Assembly (NCBI GenBank): GCA_965198175.1
Contig: OZ240245.1
Location: 3,360,001 to 3,424,000 of the forward strand
Direction of reading: 5' to 3'
Source of the DNA: Candidatus Poribacteria bacterium
Lineage (GTDB): Bacteria; Poribacteria; WGA-4E; PCPOR2b
Length of the DNA stretch: 64,000 nucleotides
Shown: piece by piece, positions 9,312 to 20,100 of the stretch
How positions within the stretch are numbered: the first letter of the stretch is position 1
How the letters are laid out: each line of letters opens with the position of its first letter
Notes under the pieces: generated by a model
Told to the model about the DNA's origin: nothing
Databases searched by the model: none
What the model saw: the letters and a program-made list of their open reading frames with translations, nothing else
Position numbers and translations under genes: made by a program

Positions 9312-10715
9312 ATGGAGGAGGTGGGCACAGTGGAAAAATTGGAGAATGAAACATTGGCTCGCTTAAGCGCGCAGGGCAATGAAAGGGCATTCGTTGAGCT
9401 AATCCGACGGCATGAACGGCAGTTAGTAGCGCTAATTCAATATCAGCTTGGAAATCGTGACTACGCTGAAGATGTGCTGCAAGAGACGCTTTTGCAGGCA
9501 TGGGTCGGGATTCGCCATCTGCGCGAACCAAAGACTGTCGGGCAGTGGCTTCTTCGGATTGCTAGGAATCGTTGCTACGACTTTCTAAAATCTGCTCAAC
9601 GGCGAGACCAGCCGATAGATACCGGGGAATTGGCTCAGTTTATCGACCGTTTCGGTCATAGGCAGATTCGGCAGAGACATCTTCTCAATGACGCTGTCGA
9701 AGCTTTGGAAGAGGTCCCGGAAACCGAGCGTAACATCGCGCAACTCTTTTACCTTGAAGGATTTACCATTGCCGAGATCGCCGCACGTCACCGCTGCGCT
9801 GAAGCTACGGTCAAGCGGCGCCTATTTCAGGCACGAGCTCACCTCCGCGAATCTTTTGGTATTTCTGATAAAAGGAGGACAAGTCAGATGCAGACGCGCC
9901 AACCAGGAACTAAAAAGCAACCGTTCCCGCTTCGTCGTCCGGAAGTTGTCATCACCCAGACCAACACAGAGCCGTTCTCTGTGGATTGTCCCGAACTCCG
10001 AGGTTGGTTCATCGTGCCCAAAATCGGCGAGCGTTCTCTGTGTGCGAACTATGAACCGATGGATTGGAAACTCACAGTGGTCCATGAGATGCAAGTGGTC
10101 AGACAGAGCCGCGTGCACGATGTGGATGGGGTTGAGATTGATGCTAACACATGGAACCCCAAAATCGGCTGGATACCGTCAGAGTGGCAGATACACGGCA
10201 GATCGACCGAAGAAAAGGTGGAGTATCTGGCAGTGTCGGAAATTTACGACGGAAAGAGGTATTTGGAAACCTATCTTGACAAAGATTTCGACTTCAACTG
10301 GGGACAGATGTTTCGCAAGGTGGAGGACCAGGGGCGTTTCGTGCGCCAAGCGGATGGTTCATTAAAACAGGTTCATAGTGTTGAAAACACGGAAGCAAGT
10401 GACACGACGGAAACAATTGCCGCGGGAATTTTCTCCGTCACGGTGGGAAAAAGACACTTTACCTGTCTCCGCATATTTGATTTTGTCACACCCGTCACAG
10501 AAGCACGACACGACGCCTCAATCACCGAAAGCTACGTGACTGAGGTGGGGCGCACTGTATTGGTCCGGCATTTCTGTCACCCGGAGAGACCAATGTATAA
10601 TGACCAAGAGAACTGGGATAAGGTCGTGATAAATGAAGATGTGCAAATTGTTATCGACGACGTCACCTTTGTTCACTGCTGTGATACCTTGTCTAGCTTG
10701 GCGTTTGGATTTTAA
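9312..10715 (+). CDS. ECF sigma-70 factor with a ~275-aa C-terminal extension
   Basis: Region 2 AEDVLQET...WLLRIARNRCYD; region 4 TIAEIA...TVKRRLFQARAHLR. Confidence 0.9.
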   Translation: MEEVGTVEKLENETLARLSAQGNERAFVELIRRHERQLVALIQYQLGNRDYAEDVLQETLLQAWVGIRHLREPKTVGQWLLRIARNRCYDFLKSAQRRDQPIDTGELAQFIDRFGHRQIRQRHLLNDAVEALEEVPETERNIAQLFYLEGFTIAEIAARHRCAEATVKRRLFQARAHLRESFGISDKRRTSQMQTRQPGTKKQPFPLRRPEVVITQTNTEPFSVDCPELRGWFIVPKIGERSLCANYEPMDWKLTVVHEMQVVRQSRVHDVDGVEIDANTWNPKIGWIPSEWQIHGRSTEEKVEYLAVSEIYDGKRYLETYLDKDFDFNWGQMFRKVEDQGRFVRQADGSLKQVHSVENTEASDTTETIAAGIFSVTVGKRHFTCLRIFDFVTPVTEARHDASITESYVTEVGRTVLVRHFCHPERPMYNDQENWDKVVINEDVQIVIDDVTFVHCCDTLSSLAFGF

Positions 10716-11552
10716 TAATCATCCGTTTGAAACTTAGAAGTCAATCGGCGTAACAGACCGCCTTGGTTTTACCCCTTGCTGGGCTGGAGTCATAGGCGAT
10801 TGCTTTAGTTCACCTTTTGATCTGAGCACCAATCAATTCATAAAGCAATGCAAACATCTCGAAAAAAGTTGCTTTTCTTTCGCGCGAAACCCGCGAAAGT
10901 GCATCCGAAACTGTGTTGTAGCGAAAGCTAGCATAGACACGCATCGCGACAATGAGCTACACCTGGTCGGCATTGCTGAAGTTAATGTTTCCCTCTTGTT
11001 ATCTCCTCACGAGAAACAGAGAACCGTGTTTTCTCAACAGTTCGCCCTATTGGAAGTTGACGCAATCATCGCCGACTTGCAATGGAGGCAACGTAAGTAG
11101 CTCATTGCAAGTTGAAGAATAGAAAGGAGGCACCCATGACGAAGGAAGTTATGTATCCAGTAGACCAATCTAATTCAATCTACACGATAATCGGCAAGGG
11201 TGCCTCTCCCTCCCGTTCCTCTCTTCATACGGACATTGGATGGGTTGTGACATAGGCATCCTATGCTTTTGTGGAGGAGAAGCCCATCTGTGCCGCACGT
11301 CAATCTAGATCTCTGCGAGATTCCGGTGCCATCAACCCAAGTTAATCAGTTCGGTAACAAAGACCGGATTCGGTACAATCCCCCCTGAGCTTCCCGGAAT
11401 ACACGATAAATACCAAGAGACAGCAGCCTCGACGCATATCCGTGAGATCATGGACGCTCAATCAGTTTTGGCTTGGGATTCGGCAAAATCCATAATCCGT
11501 AAAGATATTGCGACGACCTGTACTCGCAATTTACAGGGTCACTGTACTTCAC

Positions 11553-11581
11553 TTGAGCGCTTTATGTGCGTGTGGTATAAT
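11553..11581 (+). promoter_or_regulatory. Sigma-70 promoter of the propeller cluster
   Basis: TTGAGC-N17-TATAAT with an extended TG motif; GAGGAG SD precedes ATG 11645. Confidence 0.7.
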
Positions 11582-11644
11582 TTCACATTCAGAAAACCGA
11601 ACTCATTCTATCGAAAACGGATTTGGATAGTTGAGGAGCGAAAA

Positions 11645-14600
11645 ATGACTTCTGACTGCCGCTGGTTCATTGTTTTCTTATTCCTTGTCGGATGCACCTT
11701 TACCACGACTGATGATTTGCCAGATGTAATAGATCGAGACGCACCTTGGGCAACAACGGCGCTTCTAAGCGATCAGGTTAACGCGGTCGCGGCAGATGCG
11801 GAACACATCTGGGTCGCCACTGACAAAGGAGTCAATCGTTTCAACAAACGCGAAAACATGTGGATAAGTTATACTGTGGAAGATGGGTTGGCGAATAACA
11901 AGGTATCCAGCGTAGCGGTCGATGCAGATACCGTCTGGTTTGGAACAGAATCCGGTGTTTCAAAATATCAGCCCAAAATCGACAAGTGGACGACCTACAA
12001 TCGTGACGACGGTCTGCCAAGTAATCGAATTTTGGCTATCGGTGTGGATGGAAACTACGTCTGGTTTGGCACGGATCAAGGCTTGAGCCGATATAACAAG
12101 GCGATTGACGTTTGGGCGCTTCGCACCATCGACGATGGTGGGTTGACCAGCAATCAGATTTCCGATATCGCAGTGGGTGACGAATATGTCTGGTTTGCAA
12201 CGGACAAAGGGGTATCTAGATACGACAAAAAAATCGATTCGTGGACACAGTTGACCAAAAGTGAGGGTTTGGCGGACGAGAACGTCACAACTATCGCTAT
12301 TGATGAGAATTTCATCTGGTTCGGCACGAAAAATGCCGGCGTGAGCCTATACAGCAACACAGAGCAGACGTTTGTAAAAACCTACACACGAAACGATCTA
12401 CTTGAAACCGATAAAATCAATTACATCTTGGTTGACGGTCTGTATGTCTGGATTGGCACAGCGAATGAGGGGGTTCAAAGATACATCAAGCCGGCAGATA
12501 CGTGGATTCACTACGGAGCAGAAGATGGGCTGCCATCGTCAAATATCACAGCGATAGCTGTCGATGGCAAATATATCTGGTTCGGCACTTACGAGGACGG
12601 GCTGGCGCGATTCGACAAGGTTAGTGGACTTTGGAGTACCGTCAAGAGGACGGAAGGCTTAGTGAGCGACAATGTCAAATCGATTGCAGAAGAAAATGGG
12701 GGCGTCTGGATCGGTACTGCGATGGGGCTCAGTCGGTTTGACCTACAATCCGGGCAGTGGACCACCTACACCAAGGGGCAAGGATTGACGACCAATTATA
12801 TCACTCGCGTCGTTGCCGCCGATGACGCTATCTGGGTAGGAACATCAAAGGGAGTGGGACGGTATCAGAATAATCGGTGGAAATTCTGGCGGCGTCAACA
12901 CGGACTTCCTAGCGATTTTGTCCTTGATGTGGCAGTGGTCAATCAAGTGGTCTGGGTCGGCACACGCGATGGTCTCTGTCGATATGACACGAAGAGCGGC
13001 AAGTGGCATATCTATGAAAGGCTGAAGGACACTTGGATAAACGCCATCACTGTTGATGACGGCTCCCTGTGGCTTGCGACGAACCGCGGGTTAGCGCGAT
13101 TAACAGACTCGCAAAGTAGCAAGCCAATTGATTCGCAAATCGAGTTTCATCCATCGCGTTGTGCGGACTACATTAACACGGTCTTGGCAGCAGATGGCGT
13201 CATCTGGATTGGCACACAGAATGGACTTTCGAGATATGATGCACACCACAGTAGCTGGCACCATCTTACTGTTGAAGATGGGCTGCCGAATAACAACGTC
13301 AGGACACTCGCTTTCAGCGAAGACACACTTTGGGTCGGTACACCGGGTGGGTTGGGCGCACTTCCTCGAAATAGGTGGATTACTCTTTCAGCAAAGGAAT
13401 CAGGTGGATGGAGGCAATTCGACTTAACCCAGCCGGGGGCGGCGATGGGACACGAAAACGTCCGGGATATTTGTGTGGTAGATGGTGAGGTCTGGCTGGG
13501 GACAATCGGCGGATTGGGCGTATACTCCCCCAAGAACCGTTCGTGGAGAGCGATTCGCGCAACGGAACGGACGGTGGTCCTGCGCCACAGCAATATACAC
13601 CGTACAGAGCTTGATGGCGATTGGGTATGGTTTCTTTCATGGCCGATCACGCCCAACGGAGAGATTATTCGGTACGACAAACGCACAGAAACCTGGACGC
13701 ATTACATGAAGGAAGATGTAATGGAAATCGGACAAAATAGTGAGACGCCATATATTACCCATCTCAATTGGATGGAGGTGACCGCTGATAGTGTGTGGTT
13801 TGCGACCGACGGCGGCGTGTTAGCATATCATAAAGTCTCGGATACGTGGCGGCACTACACGACCAGAGATGGGCTGGGGGCGAATAAAACGACAACATTG
13901 TTGGTCGATGGAGTTGATGTATGGGTCATCTTGAGAGATAATCGCATCTGTCGCTATCAGCGAGATACCGATAAGTGGGAGACCTATCAGGTGGTTTTTA
14001 AGGAAATCGCACCCGGTGGTATGGAATCATATCGTACACGCCTCGCCGCAGACGCTCGGTATGTTTGGGTGCCCGCGCAGAGGGAGGGCGTGGCTCGCTA
14101 CGACAAGGAGAATCAATCGTGGCGGCGATACACATCGGCGAACGGTTTGTCGAGCGGCACCATCGGATTCATCGCCGTGGACGATAACGTTGTGTGGGCT
14201 TACGGGTGGGCTAGCGGCTTAAGCAAGTATGATGAAAACACGGACAGCTGGGGCATCATTGACGCCAAGAAAGGCTTGGCTTCTAATCGCGTCCGAGAAG
14301 TCATCTCCGGCGTGGATTATATGTGGGTATTGTATAACCAGCGGTGGTGGGAAGAAACCGACAACCCTCCGGCCAGCGGTTTTCACCGCGCCAATCAGAC
14401 GTGGCAGAGTTTTCGAGGGCATCCTGAGAATGTCGGCAACAATTTTACAGATGTACAGGAAACGGGCGAAGTGGTGTGGTTTGGCAGTGACAACCACGGA
14501 GTCAGTCGATACGACAAGGCATCTTCGTCTTGGACTGTGTTTACGGACGAGAATGGACTGCTCGACAATCGCGTGCACTATCCAACTTTGAAGGTGGATG

Positions 14601-15631
14601 GTAGTTTTCTCTGGATGGGCAGCGGCAGCGGTATCAGTCGTTACGACATGCGAAACGATACCTGGACTGTCTTTACAGGAAGCGCACGCTTGCCTTCCGA
14701 TGTTGTCCACGCGATTGCTGTCGATTCTCGTTACATCTATTGTGGGACAGACGAAGGTGCAACGCGGTACGATAAGCGGTACGACCGATGGCTAGAAAAG
14801 CGGATTGTGGAAGCCCCTGTGAATGCCCTCGTTACCGATGATAAATACCTGTGGATAGCAACCGCCAAAGGTGTGGCACGGTTCGACAAATCGGCGCATT
14901 GGACAGACTCACACGACGTAGAAAACGGTCTAGCTGACACATTTGTTAAAGTCGCTGATGTGGGAAGACGTACCTTGTGGGTCGGTACAGAGAAGGGAGT
15001 GAGCAAATACAACACGCTTTCGGACGACCCCAATGCTTGGGAGACCTTTACACGTGCAGACGATGTAGACACAATGCGCTTATCCCAAGAATACGCCAAC
15101 AGCCTTGTATACAACCGGGTCACCAGTATTGCAGTTGGTAATCGTTTCGTCTGGGTGGGTACAGAAAGAGGCGTCAGTCGTTATGACATGAAGAAGGGAA
15201 TATGGGGAACTTATACGAAGGATGATGGATTGCACCACGACGAAGTGAGCAGCATCTGTATTGATGGCGATTGGGTGTGGTTTGGCGCAACAGGCGGTGT
15301 CAGCAGGTTAAATACCAAGACGGAAGAATGGAGAGCTTTCACACCGTCTGACGGTTTAGCCAGCGATCAGATTACCTGTATCGCTGCAAGCGATGATTTC
15401 GTATGGTTCGGAACGTTCGATTCAGGCGTGTCGTGTTACAACAAGGCAACGGCGATGTGGAAACACTTCACACAGAAGGATGGACTCAGTCATAATCGTG
15501 TGTTCGCCATCGCTCCAGATGGGGATTTCCTCTGGGTGGGAACGGAGCGTGGATTGAGTCGGTATGACACGATGACGGACACGTGGACAATCTTCACCTG
15601 GCATTTTGATAGAGAAGATGATAGAAGGTGA
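11645..15631 (+). CDS. Giant beta-propeller lipoprotein 1 (two-component-regulator propeller-like repeats)
   Basis: Lipobox FLVGC; dozens of 'WFGT..G.SRYD....W..YT..DGL..N.V..IA.D' repeats; no kinase domain. Confidence 0.85.
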   Translation: MTSDCRWFIVFLFLVGCTFTTTDDLPDVIDRDAPWATTALLSDQVNAVAADAEHIWVATDKGVNRFNKRENMWISYTVEDGLANNKVSSVAVDADTVWFGTESGVSKYQPKIDKWTTYNRDDGLPSNRILAIGVDGNYVWFGTDQGLSRYNKAIDVWALRTIDDGGLTSNQISDIAVGDEYVWFATDKGVSRYDKKIDSWTQLTKSEGLADENVTTIAIDENFIWFGTKNAGVSLYSNTEQTFVKTYTRNDLLETDKINYILVDGLYVWIGTANEGVQRYIKPADTWIHYGAEDGLPSSNITAIAVDGKYIWFGTYEDGLARFDKVSGLWSTVKRTEGLVSDNVKSIAEENGGVWIGTAMGLSRFDLQSGQWTTYTKGQGLTTNYITRVVAADDAIWVGTSKGVGRYQNNRWKFWRRQHGLPSDFVLDVAVVNQVVWVGTRDGLCRYDTKSGKWHIYERLKDTWINAITVDDGSLWLATNRGLARLTDSQSSKPIDSQIEFHPSRCADYINTVLAADGVIWIGTQNGLSRYDAHHSSWHHLTVEDGLPNNNVRTLAFSEDTLWVGTPGGLGALPRNRWITLSAKESGGWRQFDLTQPGAAMGHENVRDICVVDGEVWLGTIGGLGVYSPKNRSWRAIRATERTVVLRHSNIHRTELDGDWVWFLSWPITPNGEIIRYDKRTETWTHYMKEDVMEIGQNSETPYITHLNWMEVTADSVWFATDGGVLAYHKVSDTWRHYTTRDGLGANKTTTLLVDGVDVWVILRDNRICRYQRDTDKWETYQVVFKEIAPGGMESYRTRLAADARYVWVPAQREGVARYDKENQSWRRYTSANGLSSGTIGFIAVDDNVVWAYGWASGLSKYDENTDSWGIIDAKKGLASNRVREVISGVDYMWVLYNQRWWEETDNPPASGFHRANQTWQSFRGHPENVGNNFTDVQETGEVVWFGSDNHGVSRYDKASSSWTVFTDENGLLDNRVHYPTLKVDGSFLWMGSGSGISRYDMRNDTWTVFTGSARLPSDVVHAIAVDSRYIYCGTDEGATRYDKRYDRWLEKRIVEAPVNALVTDDKYLWIATAKGVARFDKSAHWTDSHDVENGLADTFVKVADVGRRTLWVGTEKGVSKYNTLSDDPNAWETFTRADDVDTMRLSQEYANSLVYNRVTSIAVGNRFVWVGTERGVSRYDMKKGIWGTYTKDDGLHHDEVSSICIDGDWVWFGATGGVSRLNTKTEEWRAFTPSDGLASDQITCIAASDDFVWFGTFDSGVSCYNKATAMWKHFTQKDGLSHNRVFAIAPDGDFLWVGTERGLSRYDTMTDTWTIFTWHFDREDDRR

Positions 15632-15668
15632 AGAGAATAAACAAAGGTGAAAGACAAGGAATTCAGCT

Positions 15669-16334
15669 ATGACCAAAACAAGCAAGGGTGGTCTTGCACT
15701 AGCAAAACACATCGCGTTCTTCTACGCTGATAACCCCAAAGTCATGGTAATTTTGGCTGGCGGCTCTGTCTCTCGCGGCTGTGCTGACGAATACTCTGAT
15801 CTTGAAATCGGTGTCTTCTGGGCAGAGAGACCATCCGTTGGCGTGCGTCAAGCTGCCATCAAGAGCGTTGGCGGTGAACTTTGGTCCTTGGGGGAATCGT
15901 CTGGACATGAGAAGTGGGAACTCAAAAAGGTTACTGTCAATGGAAAATCCTACATGGGTACGTTGATGGTTTCTACGATTCATCTCAGTGTTACAGAAGC
16001 AGAAGCGTGTCTGTCAGGGCTGAACCGCGTCTACTATCCAACCTCCCATGCCAAGTGGATGGATTGGCTCATTCGGCAGATGCTAATTGTCCCACCCAAT
16101 CTTTCGGAAAGATTGAGGTCGGTCTTCCAAGTGGATGCCGAATCTGCGTGGAATGAACTTAAGGTGTTGGTTGGCGAGACCTTATTTCTAGTTGAACGCC
16201 AAATGCTGGATATTGATAAGCCGGTACCGGGTGAAAAGAATCCGCCCCACGTCAACATGGCATGGGCGAAAAAACGATGGATACCTCATCCGCCTTATAG
16301 CCTCATGCAGAATATCGCCGCTACAGATTTTTAG
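15669..16334 (+). CDS. Nucleotidyltransferase-domain protein, possibly internally deleted
   Basis: GGSVSRGCADEYSDLE matches the pol-beta superfamily GS..DxD-type motif. Confidence 0.7.
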   Translation: MTKTSKGGLALAKHIAFFYADNPKVMVILAGGSVSRGCADEYSDLEIGVFWAERPSVGVRQAAIKSVGGELWSLGESSGHEKWELKKVTVNGKSYMGTLMVSTIHLSVTEAEACLSGLNRVYYPTSHAKWMDWLIRQMLIVPPNLSERLRSVFQVDAESAWNELKVLVGETLFLVERQMLDIDKPVPGEKNPPHVNMAWAKKRWIPHPPYSLMQNIAATDF

Positions 16335-16344
16335 GAGAACCTAC

Positions 16345-17121
16345 ATGCAAAGCATTTTCGACTTTCCCGATGTCTACGATGCTGTGCTTCGCTCACCGGC
16401 TGAGCAGATTAAAACAGAGGGCAATTCCATCCGGCGGTTGCTGGCGGAGCAGGGCATTACCAAAGGCAGCGTCCTTGAACTCGCCTGCGGGACTTGTGGA
16501 CATGGAATTCTTCTTGCTAAAGGTGGCTTTTCCGTTACAGGCATCGACATCAATCCAAATATGCTTGAAGGTGCACAATGTCGCATGGAAACAGCGGGGG
16601 TTAAAATCGAACTCATTCAGGGGGATGTGGTTGATTTCAACCTAGGTGTTGTGCGTTTTGACTGTGCGATTTTTATGGCAGAGACCTTCCCTCTCATTAC
16701 CGCGTATGAAGACATCAAGAGCCATTTCCAATCCGTAAGACGTCATCTCAAAAAGGGCGGACTGTACATTATTGATATGGATAAGCATTACTTCGCCCCT
16801 CCAAAAAGCGAAATAGGAATATGGGGTGAAAAAACAGTTCGGCTTGACAATGGGCATGTGGAGGTCTGGCATGAAGACTTTCCCGGAGATTGGGTTGAGG
16901 GAATAAATCGTATGGCGATGCACTGCCGCATCCAGGTTAATGATACCATCTGTGAGACAACCGATGATTGGAGGCTCCGATATTATAGCCCTTGGATACT
17001 ATCCCTGCTGGTGCAAAAATTGGAAGGTTGGAGCTTAAAGGGATTCTTCTCGCGACGAGAACTGAGCCAAGATATTTCAGAAGAAACACACTATTTCACA
17101 GTTTTGGAAAAAGCGTCTTGA
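16345..17121 (+). CDS. Class I SAM-dependent methyltransferase
   Basis: VLELACGTCG motif I, GID, GDV, LKKGG; AGGAG SD before ATG 16345. Confidence 0.9.
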   Translation: MQSIFDFPDVYDAVLRSPAEQIKTEGNSIRRLLAEQGITKGSVLELACGTCGHGILLAKGGFSVTGIDINPNMLEGAQCRMETAGVKIELIQGDVVDFNLGVVRFDCAIFMAETFPLITAYEDIKSHFQSVRRHLKKGGLYIIDMDKHYFAPPKSEIGIWGEKTVRLDNGHVEVWHEDFPGDWVEGINRMAMHCRIQVNDTICETTDDWRLRYYSPWILSLLVQKLEGWSLKGFFSRRELSQDISEETHYFTVLEKAS

Positions 17122-17146
17122 GTCAGTCACAGAAAGGCATACAAAG

Positions 17147-20100
17147 ATGCATCAAGTCCGTACAATCTTGGGGTCCATAATACTCTTGTCCTTGGCAAGT
17201 TGTTTTACCCATGACCCGCAGCAGATGCACCCCAATTTTTTTATCGCCGAGGAGGCGGGAACAACCAGCCAACTCCTCAGTGACCGCGTTTTATCCCTGG
17301 CGATCGATTCCCGCTATGTGTGGGTTGGAACAGACCGGGGCTTGAGTCGATACGATAAACAGGGTGGTCAGTGGAACAGTTTCACTGTGAAAGACGGTTT
17401 GGCTCATAACACCGTGTTGTCCATTGCTTTAGACGACGATTTGGTGTGGATTGGTACGCAGGATGGCGCAAACCGCTACCACATGGAGACAAACACTTGG
17501 ACGCGCTATATGCCGCGTGATGGACTGGCGGGGCGAGAGATCTCCTGCATCGCTGTTGATTCGAGATTCATCTGGTTTGGCACGCCAAACGGACTCTCTC
17601 GTTACGACAAAGAGACGAACAGTTGGGCGCGGAGACGCGAAAAGGACGGGCTCGCCGGAGATTCCGTTACACAAATTGCAATCAGCAATGACTACATCTG
17701 GATCGGTACGGAGAAAGGGGTTTCCAGATATGATAAACTCACCGATTCATGGAACAACTACGACAAAGATAGCGGACTCGTCGACAACAGCGTCAGTGCC
17801 ATCGCCGTAGATGGAGATGCTGTTTGGTTCGGTACGGAAAATAAAGGTCTCAGCCTCTATGACCAGCGGAATTCGGATTTCGTCAGGACGTATACCAAAA
17901 AGGATCAGCTGACGAGCGATCAGATCAAAGCGTTGGCTGCCGATGGTACATCGCTGTGGTTGGGGACTGCCGATAGCGGTGCACAACGTTATATTCTATC
18001 TGTCAACACATGGCGAACATACACAGCGCCTATCCCTGCAAAGGCGGAGAAAACTACCAAAGCGGGATTGCCATCCAATCATATCACAGCGATTGCTCCC
18101 GATGGGAATGTGGTGTGGTTCGGCACGCACGAGCATGGACTAGTACGGTATGATTTACGCCATGGAACGTGGAGCACCTACGGCGAAATAAAGGCGTTGA
18201 GTGACAATGATGTGAAGGACATTTTAGTCACGGATGAGTCGGTTTGGGTAGCAACGCGATCCGGATTGAATCAAGCGACCTATCTCGAAAGTTCAGAGTT
18301 TTCGAAGGGGATAAATTGGCGGACGTTAAGCAAGGCAGACGGTTTGACGGATAACTACATCACCTCAGTCCTGGAAGTTAAAGAAAATCTCTGGGTAGGT
18401 ACACCGAGTGGTTTAGGATTACGGCATGGAGATGAGGGCAAGTGGACGTTTTATACGACGAAAGATAGACTGGTGCATGACTTTGTGACCTGCATTGCGT
18501 GGCAGCCCGCGATTAGAGACACCGAAAGGCAGGGACAAGAGGAAGGAACGGGAGAATGGAAAGGGATAACGGACAACAACACGCGAACTAATGATGTTTC
18601 ACGTCTATGGATTGGGACAAAGGCGGGGCTTTCGACCTACGAACCGGAAAATCGCCAGTGGAACACGCATCCGCCGCGGCTGCATATCTCCGGTTGGATT
18701 AACGACATCAAATTCGATGGCGATTTTGTCTGGATCGCTACGACAGATGGGCTTGTCTATTATGATGGTTCTGCCGGTATATCAGGGAAATTGACCGTCA
18801 AAGACGGTTTACCCTCAGAAGTAATTAACACGGTCGAGATAGGCAATCATTCTATTTGGGTTGGTACGCTGTCCGGTTTAGTAGAACTGAACAAGCCATC
18901 ACTCACAACTCGCCCCTACTCGCTTACCACTCACCTCCCGCATTCCAACATCAGAGCGATTGTCGTCGATGGTATTGACGTCTGGGTTGGTACACCATCA
19001 GGACTGCACAACATCGCAGGAAGTGTGTGGACCCGTTACACACGCGAGAGCACTAACGGAGGACTCGTTTACGATAACGTCAAAGCCATTGCGATAAACG
19101 GTGAGAAGGTTTGGGTCGGTACAACCGCGGGGCTCAGTTGCTTGGACAAAAAGAGCGGCAAATGGTCGAATCACATTGCGGCGACAACCACAGAAATGCT
19201 GCGCTCGAATTGGGTTAGCAAGCTCGCAGAAGATGGGGCTGGAATCTGGTTCGGCAACTGGAAGGATTCTTCAGAAGGGGCAATTGTAAGGTATGATAGA
19301 CTATCAGAGACGTTTCAGTTCTTCAGCAAAGATGACCTTCCTTTGAAGCCCACCGACAAACCGATTACGCACATACACGGACTAACCGTGGGTGAAAATG
19401 AGGTTTGGGTCGGCACCAACGGAGGGCTGTTACGCTACGACAAAGTGACAGATACATGGCGTCATTATACAGTAGAGGACGGTCTGCCAAACAACGAAGT
19501 CTGGAGCATCGTCCTTGATACCCCCTACCTCTGGACAGCGCATATTGGCGGCGTGGTGAGCCGTTATTCGCTTGAGGCGGACGTATGGACAACCTATGAA
19601 ATCACGCCAAGTGTGCAATGGAGCGGCATTGGAACCATTGCCGTTGACCCGCAATACGTCTGGGTTACGACGATATGGGAAGGGCTCAAGCGATACGACA
19701 AATCAACGGATACGTGGACTGGTATCACAGAAGTGCAAGGTTTGGGCAACAACGAAGCGAATGACCTGCTTGTCGATGGAGATTATGTGTGGGTCACAGG
19801 TTGGGGGGATGCCAGTCGTTACAATCGGCGAACCGATGAATGGGAAATCTTCACTCGCTGGCGTGTACTCTCAGACGCAAACTTCGGGCTTACCCGGGGG
19901 CTAGACGGGGTTTGGCTCGCGTACACGTGGCGAGATTGGGGCGATGCAATCGCCTCGAAGTATCACAATAAAACTGATTCGTGGACAACGTTGAAAGTGC
20001 CAGAAATGGAAGAAGATTATTTTGGACGCACGATGAAAGTTGTGGAGACCGTCGATAGTGTTTGGTTCGCGGTAGAGTGGCAGGGATTGGCTCGGTATAA

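Noticed and set aside
11136..11255. Type I toxin
   Set aside because: The peptide has no hydrophobic TM helix; kept only as a small-ORF candidate
11450..11644. 65-aa N-terminal extension of propeller 1 in the ORF track
   Set aside because: It contains a strong promoter; the SD and lipoprotein signal start at ATG 11645
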